Origin: an uncultured virus (IMG/VR IMGVR_UViG_3300010345_000473)
Taxonomy: Duplodnaviria; Heunggongvirae; Uroviricota; Caudoviricetes
Virus record (IMG/VR): IMGVR_UViG_3300010345_000473
DNA: 64,000 bases
Strand: one strand, 5' to 3'
Shown here: positions 29,862 through 38,804 of the stretch, piece by piece
Numbering within the stretch: the stretch's first letter is position 1
Layout of the letters: every line of letters starts with the position of its first letter
Made by a program: the position numbers and the translations under genes
Notes under the pieces: model-generated
Databases searched by the model: none
What the model saw: the letters and a program-made list of their open reading frames with translations, nothing else
What the model was told of the DNA's origin: nothing

Positions 29862-32800
29862 GTGCGGAAACTTGAAGCATTCAAACTCTATTCCTCCCTA
29901 GACACAGGGTTCATTGCCACATCAAAGAATCATGTGATTATGCTTTTGGTCGAGGGTATGCCAAGCGGGTACTCTTATATTCCGAAGTTTCGGTTTGGCC
30001 CAGGCATTCGAATTGTGTATGTTCCGAAATCGGTGAAACTTCGTGGGCGAACCGTCACCGCAAACATTCGTGCGGCTCGTGATATGATTATGGGTGGTGG
30101 ATCATCCATCTACATAGTGGCACAAACCGCACCAAAAGAAACATCATTTGTTATGGATCTTACCACAAACTTCGCCTACCTGCATAAACAATGTGTGTCG
30201 CTTAAATATGTGGATGTGTCCTTGGAGTTTCTTTCGAGCACGGTAAATCGACTGAAGAGTATCAATCCGTCGTTATCCACATCGCTCGTGTATGTCATGG
30301 ATACATCCACACTGCAACCAAATACTGTGGACAAAGAGTTGTATGGATATTTCATTATACGAGCACTTCTTGACAAACAAAAGACAAACGGGCTTCCAGT
30401 AGATCGTGTATTTCTCACATCACTCCAAGACAAAGACACATCATTCAGGTTAATCTACCATCGGGAAGTCGAGCCACTTGGAAACTATAACCGAGTCAAG
30501 GGTATGATTATGAATGTGAAGCCCGATCTCGTGTTCACCGATGACCCCATCAATTATCTGACACAGACAGCGAAGAATGCTGTGGTATCGATGTTGGCTT
30601 CAAAGACGGAACCTGTTGATTCAAAGACGGAACCTGTTGATTCAAAGAAGACTACATCGGCCCAACAAAAGATCGAAGCCGAACGAAAGAACACACTCAT
30701 GTCCGCGACATATGTACCCACCGATGTCGCCGCGGATATTCTAGTCAAGAACACGACATCGGGAAAACGAGCATCTCTTGATACCGAGACTGTTTCGACT
30801 CTTGGGAAGAAAATTGTGGCGCAATCAAAACAACATATGGTAGCCACTGATTCAAAGAAGACTACATCGGCCCAACAAAAGATCGAAGCCGAACGAAAGA
30901 ACACACTCATGTCCGCGACATATGTACCCACCGATGTCGCCGCGGATATTCTAGTCAAGAACACGACATCGGGAAAACGAGCATCTCTTGATACCGAGAC
31001 TGTTTCGACTCTTGGGAAGAAAATTGTGGCGCAATCAAAACAACATATGGTAGCCACAACAAAACCACAGGGCGCGCGTTCTACAAAAAAAGTACGGGCC
31101 GCGATGCCGGAGACGAAATCCGATACACAAGTACAATCTGTGGTGGCAAAGACCGATAAGTTGATTACAAAACAACCACACATCAGAAAAGAGATCGCAC
31201 CAGAGGAACAGAAAAGTATCAAAGACATGCCATTCCTTCATGATCCAGATTCGTTGCGGTTTCAGAAGGATTCTATCAATGAAGATTCGGCACGACTCAT
31301 TGCTTCATATGTGGCGCATATTCTGCCACCATCCATGGCGTCAACAAAAGAAACACAGACGACATTTGAACGAGATTTTTACAAAGCGCTGTGTCATATG
31401 CCCGATGATGCGGTAACAGCATATCAGTTATATATCGAAAAGGATTCGATGCGACTGATCGTCCACGCCACGGATATGATTAAGAAGTACCACAACAAAA
31501 TCTATCCGAGTGATATCAAGGTGGATGAAAAGGTTCTCGAACGCATGGACAAATGGTCTGAGGATCATCATCTGGTGGGTGCGGCAAGTGTGGATCCCAT
31601 ATTGACAAAAGATGTCTTGGATAAATATGTGGCCACAAACCTGCATCGAGTGATGGCGCAAAAACAGCTCACTTGGGAGAATATGTCCAAACAAATCGAA
31701 CATGGTTGTTCTCGAGTGTTGGCTGATGCTGGGTTTACATTGTTATCGTGTGTCATTGAGGACAAACCCGCAGATCCGAGACACATCGAACCATCGTATA
31801 TGTCGGAGATCAAGCTCCGCATCAAAAACAACACAACGAAGCAAATCAAGACTCTGAAGTATGTCATTCCCACACTATTTGAAGGGAAGTACCATATTCA
31901 GGGCGGCATCAAGTGGCTCTTTCCAGCCATCATCGCAACAATGCCCATCTTTACTATCAAGCCGGGCAAGGTGCAGTTCAAAACAAACTATGCAGCCATG
32001 ACGTTCGACTATGGAGTTCATTTCAAAAAGCAATCACTCTTTGTATACATTGGTGGAATGAAGATCCCCATCATTCTATTGATGATGCAGTTCAAGTCAC
32101 TCAATGCTCTCTTTGATGAACATGGCATCTCATCACAGATTGTGGACACCAAGCGACAGATACCAGACAAATGTCCATATGTCATTCGACTTCCAGATGG
32201 GAAGTTTCTTGTCATCACGAACATCCGAGCCGACACATATGCATTCGCTTCGATACTGTTGAATGGTCTGCAACTCACAATCAATGCATTGTCTGATGGT
32301 GATTCCATCGATATGGACGCGCCTGAGTATGGCAAAATGTTGATGCGGTACACGAAGTACGACAATGCGCCATATATCATTTCCAAGATCAAACGATACA
32401 TGGTGGATACCAATGCCGCCGAACTGCTCAAAGCACGTGGCATCAATGCGGATCTCTACAATATCATCACAATATGCAGCAACCTGGCAATCAATGAAAT
32501 CAAGGAAGATAAGATGGGCATCAAAAACATCGTTATTCGTCTGATGGATTTGATTCCCGCCGAGGTGGAGAAAGCACTCCACTATTCGGTCACCGAGTAC
32601 AAACGTCGATCGAAAATCGATCCATCGATTGAGTTGGTAACCAACGAGGGCTGGGTCATTAACTCATTGCGGGAGCATACAGCACTCCTTCCATATAAGG
32701 ATGGCAACCCAAGTATCGAGTCCGCGCATGCCACTGCTGTCCGTATTGTGGGTCCTGGTGGATTCAACAAGATCGATTCCGTTCAGATTAAGGATCGCAA

Positions 32801-34712
32801 TATCGTGCCCTCGCATTTTGGACAACTCGACCCCATGGATACCGCAGAGGGCAATCCTGGTATCCAGCTCTATATGTCCGCGGGGTTTGAGTATGATCCG
32901 GAACACCGTATCTTCACGGAAATCGAGCCCAACGATGCATCAGTGAATATGTTTGGCTCCACGGCGGGGCAGATTCCATTTGTCTCCTGTGATGACGGAA
33001 ACCGCGTCATGTTTGGTTGCTCGCAATGTCGACAAGTTGTCCCCATCAATGAGAGCGAACCACCACTCTGTATGACGGGGATGGAGACATGTTTGCCCAA
33101 TTATGCGTCCACAACGTTCACCAAGAAGGCTAAGGACGATGGTGTGGCGGAGTATGTCGATGAGAATGTTATCATTGTCAAGTATAAGAATGGCACCACC
33201 GAAGCAATGAACATTCGCCCATCAGAACTCCAAACGGGTTCTGGTAAGCACAATGCATTGACGCATACACCCACGGTGAAGACGGGTGACAATATCACCG
33301 CGGGACAACATCTCATCACAAATCAGTTCATCAAACCATTTTATGCCTCGGGCAAGAATGTGCTGGCATGTTACAAGCCGCATGATGGGTTCACCTTCGA
33401 AGACGGAATCATTGTTTCACAAACCTTTGCCAAACAGTATGTGTCTGTGCACTATGAAGAGATCGATGTGTTGGTGGATTCACCCACAGAGATCAAAGAG
33501 TTTCCGACTATGAAGTTTGAACGCGATGGACATCTTCGGTATGCTGAAGGTGAACGAATTGTTGTGACCACGGCCAACATGTTTGGTGGATATCAGGAAC
33601 ATGTTGTGGCCGCACCCACTGCATGTACGGTGGTGGACATCGAAGTTTTCCCTGCCAACGAGTCGTTTGTTCCATTGGTGGATTTTACAACCAACATGTT
33701 TTACAAAGCAACAAACGACGCCCTGAAGCAACGAAATCTTCCACTCCAACGTGATTCGAAGCGGTATACTGAGAATGTGGGCAAGTTCGAGTTCCGGAAG
33801 AAGCGTTTGATCAAAACGCTCATCCGCATCAAGCTCGTGGAGGAACGATCGATATCCGAGGGCGACAAGCTCAACAATCGGCATGGCAACAAGGGTGTCA
33901 TTACTGCGATTTATGACGATGACAAGATGCCGAAGCTTCCCGATGGACGGATCATCAATGTCATCTTCAATCCACTCGGTGTCATTAGCCGGATGAATCT
34001 TGGACAACTCTATGAGATCCATGTGGGCAATGTGATCATGGCAACGGTAGCAAAGATCAAACAGTTGCCCGACAATGAAGCTCGTGATCTCCTTTGCAAG
34101 GTATATACACTGATCGATGGATATACCGACAAACGGTTGTCCAGTGATCTCTGCGCACGACTGAGATCATTCTCTGGTGCACAGCTCAAGGATGCCATGG
34201 ATTATATTCGTACACATGGGTTCCGAATGATCTATCCACCATTCCGTGTTCCTGATATCAAACAGATCCAAGAAGCTGCAAAGCTTGTGGGGACTGAACT
34301 TGAATCAAAGCTCATGATTCCTGGTGTGGGGTATACAGCGACTCCTGTGACATGGGGATATCTGTTTGTCAACAAGCTCGAACATATGTCTGATATCAAG
34401 CGCAAGACTCGGAGTGTGGGTCCCTACATGAATACTACACTCGAGCCGAAGCGTGGCGGGAAGACAGGCGGATTGCGTCTGGGTGAGATGGATGTTTATT
34501 CATTTTTGGCATATGATGCGAAGACGTTGTTGCGGGACTTTTTCATGGTGAATGGTGACAACCCCACATTGAAGAACAAGGTGCTTTATGATATCATGGA
34601 CAAGGGGGAAGCGTCCATTGAAGATCTCGTAGACACCAAGGACACACAGAACAATGTAGGAGCGAAGTTTGCCTTCGATATGTATATGACGGTGTGTGGA
34701 TTGAAGGTTTAG
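29862..34712 (+). CDS. rpoB: Multi-subunit RNA polymerase beta subunit (RNAP-1), unsplit, with a ~600-aa N-terminal extension
   Basis: HFGQLDPMDTAEG, DDGNRVMFG, GFTFEDGI, GDKLNNRHGNKGVI, NPLGVISRMNLGQ, KLEHM, GGLRLGEMD. Confidence 0.95.
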   Translation: MRKLEAFKLYSSLDTGFIATSKNHVIMLLVEGMPSGYSYIPKFRFGPGIRIVYVPKSVKLRGRTVTANIRAARDMIMGGGSSIYIVAQTAPKETSFVMDLTTNFAYLHKQCVSLKYVDVSLEFLSSTVNRLKSINPSLSTSLVYVMDTSTLQPNTVDKELYGYFIIRALLDKQKTNGLPVDRVFLTSLQDKDTSFRLIYHREVEPLGNYNRVKGMIMNVKPDLVFTDDPINYLTQTAKNAVVSMLASKTEPVDSKTEPVDSKKTTSAQQKIEAERKNTLMSATYVPTDVAADILVKNTTSGKRASLDTETVSTLGKKIVAQSKQHMVATDSKKTTSAQQKIEAERKNTLMSATYVPTDVAADILVKNTTSGKRASLDTETVSTLGKKIVAQSKQHMVATTKPQGARSTKKVRAAMPETKSDTQVQSVVAKTDKLITKQPHIRKEIAPEEQKSIKDMPFLHDPDSLRFQKDSINEDSARLIASYVAHILPPSMASTKETQTTFERDFYKALCHMPDDAVTAYQLYIEKDSMRLIVHATDMIKKYHNKIYPSDIKVDEKVLERMDKWSEDHHLVGAASVDPILTKDVLDKYVATNLHRVMAQKQLTWENMSKQIEHGCSRVLADAGFTLLSCVIEDKPADPRHIEPSYMSEIKLRIKNNTTKQIKTLKYVIPTLFEGKYHIQGGIKWLFPAIIATMPIFTIKPGKVQFKTNYAAMTFDYGVHFKKQSLFVYIGGMKIPIILLMMQFKSLNALFDEHGISSQIVDTKRQIPDKCPYVIRLPDGKFLVITNIRADTYAFASILLNGLQLTINALSDGDSIDMDAPEYGKMLMRYTKYDNAPYIISKIKRYMVDTNAAELLKARGINADLYNIITICSNLAINEIKEDKMGIKNIVIRLMDLIPAEVEKALHYSVTEYKRRSKIDPSIELVTNEGWVINSLREHTALLPYKDGNPSIESAHATAVRIVGPGGFNKIDSVQIKDRNIVPSHFGQLDPMDTAEGNPGIQLYMSAGFEYDPEHRIFTEIEPNDASVNMFGSTAGQIPFVSCDDGNRVMFGCSQCRQVVPINESEPPLCMTGMETCLPNYASTTFTKKAKDDGVAEYVDENVIIVKYKNGTTEAMNIRPSELQTGSGKHNALTHTPTVKTGDNITAGQHLITNQFIKPFYASGKNVLACYKPHDGFTFEDGIIVSQTFAKQYVSVHYEEIDVLVDSPTEIKEFPTMKFERDGHLRYAEGERIVVTTANMFGGYQEHVVAAPTACTVVDIEVFPANESFVPLVDFTTNMFYKATNDALKQRNLPLQRDSKRYTENVGKFEFRKKRLIKTLIRIKLVEERSISEGDKLNNRHGNKGVITAIYDDDKMPKLPDGRIINVIFNPLGVISRMNLGQLYEIHVGNVIMATVAKIKQLPDNEARDLLCKVYTLIDGYTDKRLSSDLCARLRSFSGAQLKDAMDYIRTHGFRMIYPPFRVPDIKQIQEAAKLVGTELESKLMIPGVGYTATPVTWGYLFVNKLEHMSDIKRKTRSVGPYMNTTLEPKRGGKTGGLRLGEMDVYSFLAYDAKTLLRDFFMVNGDNPTLKNKVLYDIMDKGEASIEDLVDTKDTQNNVGAKFAFDMYMTVCGLKV
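30599..31057 (+). repeat. In-frame tandem duplications in the rpoB extension: 2 x 21 bp, then 2 x 210 bp
   Basis: TTCAAAGACGGAACCTGTTGA at 30599 and 30620; 30638-30847 is repeated at 30848-31057 (70 aa). Confidence 0.92.
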
Positions 34713-34751
34713 CCACAAATTCAGCTGTTCAGAAGGGAGAGATGGCATCCA

Positions 34752-35324
34752 ATGGTCTTTTTGACGTTCAAAGAGGATTTCTACGACAAGTATATCGTCC
34801 CAGCCCTAGTCACTGATCGCGTGCTACATATTTCGTCGTGTAGCAAAACCAAGATCTGGGATTCACAGCCCGATCTTGGGCCATGCGAGGCACAACATGT
34901 GTATAATGGTCCCATGTGCAATCAAGCGACGTTGTTTTACAACGAGATGCAGACAGCGTTCGGGTTCCACCCATCATGGATTATTTTGTCTGCAAAGTAT
35001 GGATTCATTGATCCACATACTCAGATCGAGCGGTACGACATCTCGTTTTCAGAGAAGAAGGATGCACCCTATGTTGTCACCGAGGAAACACTCTCGCAAC
35101 AGATCGGATCATTCTACAAACCAGAGACTCATCTTTATATCATGGTGTGGGGTGGAGCACCTTATGTCAATCGAGTTGTGAAGGTTCTCCCAGCATCTGT
35201 GCCGATTCTCGCACCCGCATATAATCTTCCCATCGGGAAAGCAATTGGTGCACTCAAGCTTTTCAGAACCACCGCACTCGATCGGGCGAAGCGACTTGTT
35301 GCGTCACTGAGTACACCACACTAG
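34752..35324 (+). CDS. DUF6884-like (YaaA-related) protein
   Basis: SSCSKTK...AQHVYNG...WIILSAKYGFIDP...IERYD pattern. Confidence 0.65.
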   Translation: MVFLTFKEDFYDKYIVPALVTDRVLHISSCSKTKIWDSQPDLGPCEAQHVYNGPMCNQATLFYNEMQTAFGFHPSWIILSAKYGFIDPHTQIERYDISFSEKKDAPYVVTEETLSQQIGSFYKPETHLYIMVWGGAPYVNRVVKVLPASVPILAPAYNLPIGKAIGALKLFRTTALDRAKRLVASLSTPH

Positions 35325-35337
35325 GGAAGGGGCGGAT

Positions 35338-35676
35338 GTGATATGCATCTCGTTGGAGTTGTTTCCTACGCATACACAGTCGATGTCATTGTTTCTTGAG
35401 TTGATGGACTTGGTGACGCCAAGCACTCCGTCGTTTGGTAAACAGTACGATCATGAACTCGATTTGTTGGTGTCTCTGGGTAATCTCTCGCATACTGCCG
35501 CCCGCACGCTACCCTCCTACAACAAAGTCGCGTTTGATCAGTGGAACAAAAGCGTGATGTGTGATGATACAGTTCGTGCCTCCACATCTGTGCTTTTGGC
35601 GATATGGCGTGCTTCATGTATCAAAATAACACAGCGCACATTCAGAGTATACACATGGTGGCGCTGGAAACACTGA
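35338..35676 (+). CDS. Hypothetical protein
   Basis: 112-aa ORF between the DUF6884-like gene and queD. Confidence 0.45.
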   Translation: MICISLELFPTHTQSMSLFLELMDLVTPSTPSFGKQYDHELDLLVSLGNLSHTAARTLPSYNKVAFDQWNKSVMCDDTVRASTSVLLAIWRASCIKITQRTFRVYTWWRWKH

Positions 35677-35795
35677 AGTGTTCATGGATATGACACTTCA
35701 ATCTGCATCGGATATTGACGGTCCTGCACTGAAAGTGGTATCCACCGAACTCGCATATGCGGGCTCGAATGATTAGACTGTGGAGGGGTGGGTGA

Positions 35796-36254
35796 ATGAG
35801 AATGCTGCCTATGTTTACGCTCAGGAAATCGATGACGGTGGAAACGGGACATGTGTTGCTCAATGCGTACACCGCGGGATGTCGCAACTATCATGGACAC
35901 AGCCTCACCATCACGGTGGAGCTTATGGGGAACACTCTTAACACCGATGGCATGCTTGTGGACTTCAAGAAACTGAAAGAGGGGATGATCGAGCACATCC
36001 ACAATCCACTCGATCACAAGTTTGTGTGTCCCACGGAATATGCTTCGGCTGTGGTGGCAAACTGCCCACCTGTATGTGCGGGAAGCTTCCTTGTGGTGGA
36101 TTGGAATCCCACAAGCGAGAATATGGCAAAGTGGATCTTCGACAACATGGCGAAGTGGATTGTATCAGAACCGGATCTGGTGAGTCGTGGTGTGTCTCTC
36201 AACTCGGTAACCGTTCAGGAAACCGACGGCAACGAAGCTCGATATTTTGGATGA
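35796..36254 (+). CDS. queD: 6-carboxy-5,6,7,8-tetrahydropterin synthase QueD
   Basis: CRNYHGHS, GMLVDFKKLK, LDHK, NPTSENMA, VQET. Confidence 0.93.
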   Translation: MRMLPMFTLRKSMTVETGHVLLNAYTAGCRNYHGHSLTITVELMGNTLNTDGMLVDFKKLKEGMIEHIHNPLDHKFVCPTEYASAVVANCPPVCAGSFLVVDWNPTSENMAKWIFDNMAKWIVSEPDLVSRGVSLNSVTVQETDGNEARYFG

Positions 36255-36266
36255 AGGGTGTAAACG

Positions 36267-37004
36267 ATGACCGAACATCAGCCGATTCATGTTGTGTTGT
36301 TGTCGGGTGGATTGGATTCCACAACTCTTATCCACCATGTACGAAAAAATTATCCAAATGATGGGATTATTGCACTCTCCTTCCGGTACGGGCAACGACA
36401 TGAAGAACGAGAGATTCAATGTGCACAGATTCAGGCGGCATATGTGAACTGTCGAAGTCATGTTGTGGCGGATATGACATTCATGCGCGATGTGCTGGCA
36501 AAAACATCCGCGCTCATTTCCACATCGACCATCGATGTGCCCACCGAAGCATATGATGAGAAACATCGGCCCATCACATATGTCCCATTTCGGAATATGT
36601 TGATGTTGTCCATTGCTGCGGCGATGGCCGAAGCTCATCAGGGCGAAACGGTCTGGTATGGTGCACATCGTGGAGATGAGAATGCTGTATATTGGGACTG
36701 CTCTCAACGGTTCATGCGGCGTATTCAGGATGTGTGGGATCTGAACAACAATCCACATATCACATTGTGCGTTCCTTTTGTGGACTATACAAAGGCATAT
36801 ATCGTGGAGTACGCCGCGAGTCTTCTTGATGTACCACTCGATAAAACGTGGTCGTGTTATAATGGGCGAGAAAAGGCATGTGGTGTTTGTGGAACATGCC
36901 GCGATCGTATTCTGGCATTTGCGGCATGCAATCTTCAGGATCCCATCGAGTACGAAACTGGATCAACATGGGAGAGTGTTGTGGCCGCCGCATCAAGAAG
37001 GTGA
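36267..37004 (+). CDS. queC: 7-cyano-7-deazaguanine synthase QueC
   Basis: LSGGLDSTT, YGQRH, TYVPFRN, YWDCS, TWSCY...CGVCGTC. Confidence 0.96.
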   Translation: MTEHQPIHVVLLSGGLDSTTLIHHVRKNYPNDGIIALSFRYGQRHEEREIQCAQIQAAYVNCRSHVVADMTFMRDVLAKTSALISTSTIDVPTEAYDEKHRPITYVPFRNMLMLSIAAAMAEAHQGETVWYGAHRGDENAVYWDCSQRFMRRIQDVWDLNNNPHITLCVPFVDYTKAYIVEYAASLLDVPLDKTWSCYNGREKACGVCGTCRDRILAFAACNLQDPIEYETGSTWESVVAAASRR

Positions 37005-37138
37005 TAGTTTGCCGTGTATCATCAGTGTGCGAACAAAATGTAGCGGATTGCACATCTCAGTCAGATCACGATGCACCCCGATGTTCATAGAAACATCGGG
37101 CACTTTCATGTTCCGCTAGAAGCGGAAAATCAGAAGGA

Positions 37139-37879
37139 GTGTTTACTATGATGGATTCCGTACAGTATCAGGCGTGGCTCGTTGGTTTCAAAGATGTGGT
37201 GCTTTCTCGTATGGGGCAGTTTCCCGATCAGAGCACCATTGAGGGTCGTCGGGCTCTTCGGAAGATGTTTGTCAAGAGTATGCGGCAGTTCTGTGCACTG
37301 ACGATTCCCACCCATCCGAGGCGGTCGCTGTTTGACGTAAAGATCAATCCGAAGAATAACACCATCACCATCACCGCGGTACAACCTCCCGACACCAATG
37401 TCGAGCTTCTTCCCATGGTTTTGCAGTTGGTTCCGCAGACCCAGGCGACTCCTATCCGGCTTCTTGAGATCTTTGCTTCTCAGATTGGTGAACGTGTGAT
37501 GGCTGCGGCACAGGAATCTCAGACGCCGCTCACTCTGCGGAGCTTTAAGCTTGGTGTGCTTCGTTCCGCTCGGAAGTTCTATGCGCTGGTGAGCGGGCGG
37601 CGGCCTTCGCAGTTTAAGATTCGGGCGAAACACAGCAAGGCTACTGGGAAGGTTACGCTTGTTGTACTCGAGCCCGAGGATGAGGCTCGGCGGGCATGGA
37701 CGGCGGTTTTGGAAGTCGTTATGGGTCAGATTCCCGTGGCACCTCGGGCTCCCCGTGTGAAGAAGCAGAAGGCCGTGGCGGAGGTCGCTGAAACAACGTC
37801 TGCTCCCGCCGCTCCCGTACTGTCTACCCACACTGCGGGAAATCCTGTACCCATCGTCCCCGAGCCGCCCCTGGCGTGA
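37139..37879 (+). CDS. Basic hypothetical protein (possible nucleic-acid binding)
   Basis: 246-aa Arg/Lys-rich ORF with AAGGAG RBS. Confidence 0.65.
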   Translation: MFTMMDSVQYQAWLVGFKDVVLSRMGQFPDQSTIEGRRALRKMFVKSMRQFCALTIPTHPRRSLFDVKINPKNNTITITAVQPPDTNVELLPMVLQLVPQTQATPIRLLEIFASQIGERVMAAAQESQTPLTLRSFKLGVLRSARKFYALVSGRRPSQFKIRAKHSKATGKVTLVVLEPEDEARRAWTAVLEVVMGQIPVAPRAPRVKKQKAVAEVAETTSAPAAPVLSTHTAGNPVPIVPEPPLA

Positions 37880-37880
37880 A

Positions 37881-37905
37881 ATAGCGTGTGTTAAGCGGAT
37901 GTGGG
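37881..37905 (+). repeat. Third copy of the window-start motif
   Basis: ATAGCGTGTGTTAAGCGGATGTGGG matches 76-100 at 24/25 positions. Confidence 0.8.
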
Positions 37906-38139
37906 GTGGGGACCAGTTCCCCAGTCATACAGGAGGAGGGTTCAGTGTAATGCCACCTCGCATTCACGACGTTTTCAATCCAGACCAGTCTTCACCAACG
38001 CGGCGGCAAACACAACTCGAATTGTTTTTGTTTGAGGGCGCGTCCCTCACTGACGTGTCGCTTTTGAAACGGACTCCAACAAAGACCGACACAACGAGTA
38101 GAAAATCGCAGAACAAAAGATAATGTGGAGTCTCAATGT

Positions 38140-38228
38140 GGTGATGTGGCCGAGTGGTCGAAGGCGACTGACTTGAAATCAGTTGGGGTGAATAGCCTCC
38201 GTGGGTTCGAATCCTACCATCACCGCCA
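38140..38228 (+). tRNA. tRNA-Ser(UGA)
   Basis: GGTGATG/CATCACC acceptor stem, ACTGA-CTTGAAA-TCAGT anticodon arm, long variable arm, encoded CCA. Confidence 0.95.
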
Positions 38229-38240
38229 TTGTTTTGATGT

Positions 38241-38316
38241 GCCGGTGTAGCTCAGTTGGTAGAGCAGCTGACTTGTAATCAGCAGGTCCCCGGTCCGAAT
38301 CCGGGCGCCGGCTCCA
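38241..38316 (+). tRNA. tRNA-Thr(UGU)
   Basis: GCCGGTG/CGCCGGC acceptor stem, GCTGA-CTTGTAA-TCAGC anticodon arm, T-loop TCCGAAT, CCA. Confidence 0.93.
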
Positions 38317-38318
38317 TT

Positions 38319-38396
38319 CGGGATGTGGCGCAGTCTGGCTAGCGCGCTTGGTTTGGGACCAAGAGGCCGTGGGTTCAAATCCCACCATCCCGACCA
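38319..38396 (+). tRNA. tRNA-Pro(UGG)
   Basis: CGGGATG/CATCCCG acceptor stem, CTTGG-TTTGGGA-CCAAG anticodon arm, CCA. Confidence 0.95.
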
Positions 38397-38412
38397 TTCC
38401 ATTTTACAAGAC

Positions 38413-38488
38413 AGGGGTGTCGCCAAGTTGGTAAGGCAAAGGACTTTGGATCCTTCACACGCTGGTTCGAGTCCAGCCACCCCTGCCA
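38413..38488 (+). tRNA. tRNA-Gln(UUG)
   Basis: AGGGGTG/CACCCCT acceptor stem, AAGGA-CTTTGGA-TCCTT anticodon arm, GGTTCGAGTCC, CCA. Confidence 0.93.
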
Positions 38489-38500
38489 ATATAGATATCG

Positions 38501-38650
38501 TGCCGGATACGGACGACGACGGAGGCCGGCTTTGGGGCCACCCGATGGACTAATGGATGTGTAGGGATCGTCGTCACATCCATGCCACAAACATCCATTG
38601 CCCGAGATTCTAAGTCCGCTGTGTTGCGTCGGTGGCAACAACACGCGGCA
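38501..38650 (+). ncRNA. Unidentified structured RNA inside the tRNA cluster
   Basis: Several complementary segments, including a possible loop-loop pairing (see findings); not a cloverleaf. Confidence 0.45.
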
Positions 38651-38655
38651 TTCCT

Positions 38656-38732
38656 GTGCCCATAGCTCAAGTGGTTAGAGCCACCGGCTCATAACCGGAC
38701 GGTTCCTGGTTCGATCCCAGGTGGGCACACCA
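38656..38732 (+). tRNA. tRNA with CAU anticodon, probably Ile2 (lysidine type)
   Basis: GTGCCCA/TGGGCAC acceptor stem; CCGG-CTCATAA-CCGG arm typical of bacterial tRNA-Ile2; no initiator features; CCA. Confidence 0.88.
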
Positions 38733-38744
38733 GACAACAAAAAT

Positions 38745-38779
38745 CCGATCATGGGCGATGGCTCATGATCGGGTGTTTT
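38745..38779 (+). terminator. Intrinsic terminator after the tRNA cluster
   Basis: CCGATCATGGGC-gatg-GCTCATGATCGG followed by GTGTTTT. Confidence 0.7.
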
Positions 38780-38804
38780 CCACGTTGATCACGCGGAAGG
38801 GAGA

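Noticed and set aside
30554..31228. Long antisense ORFs (also 12395-12913, 21718-22227, 60177-61154)
   Set aside because: They are shadows of repetitive or low-complexity coding sequence on the opposite strand.
35796..37004. Queuosine tRNA-modification role
   Set aside because: No tgt, queA or queF in the window and no GUN-anticodon tRNAs. DNA modification is more plausible, though unproven.
38489..38655. tmRNA, theta/HDV-like or hammerhead ribozyme, or preQ1 riboswitch
   Set aside because: I could not fit the tmRNA termini, the HDV nested pseudoknot, the CUGAUGA/GAAA core or a preQ1 consensus by eye.
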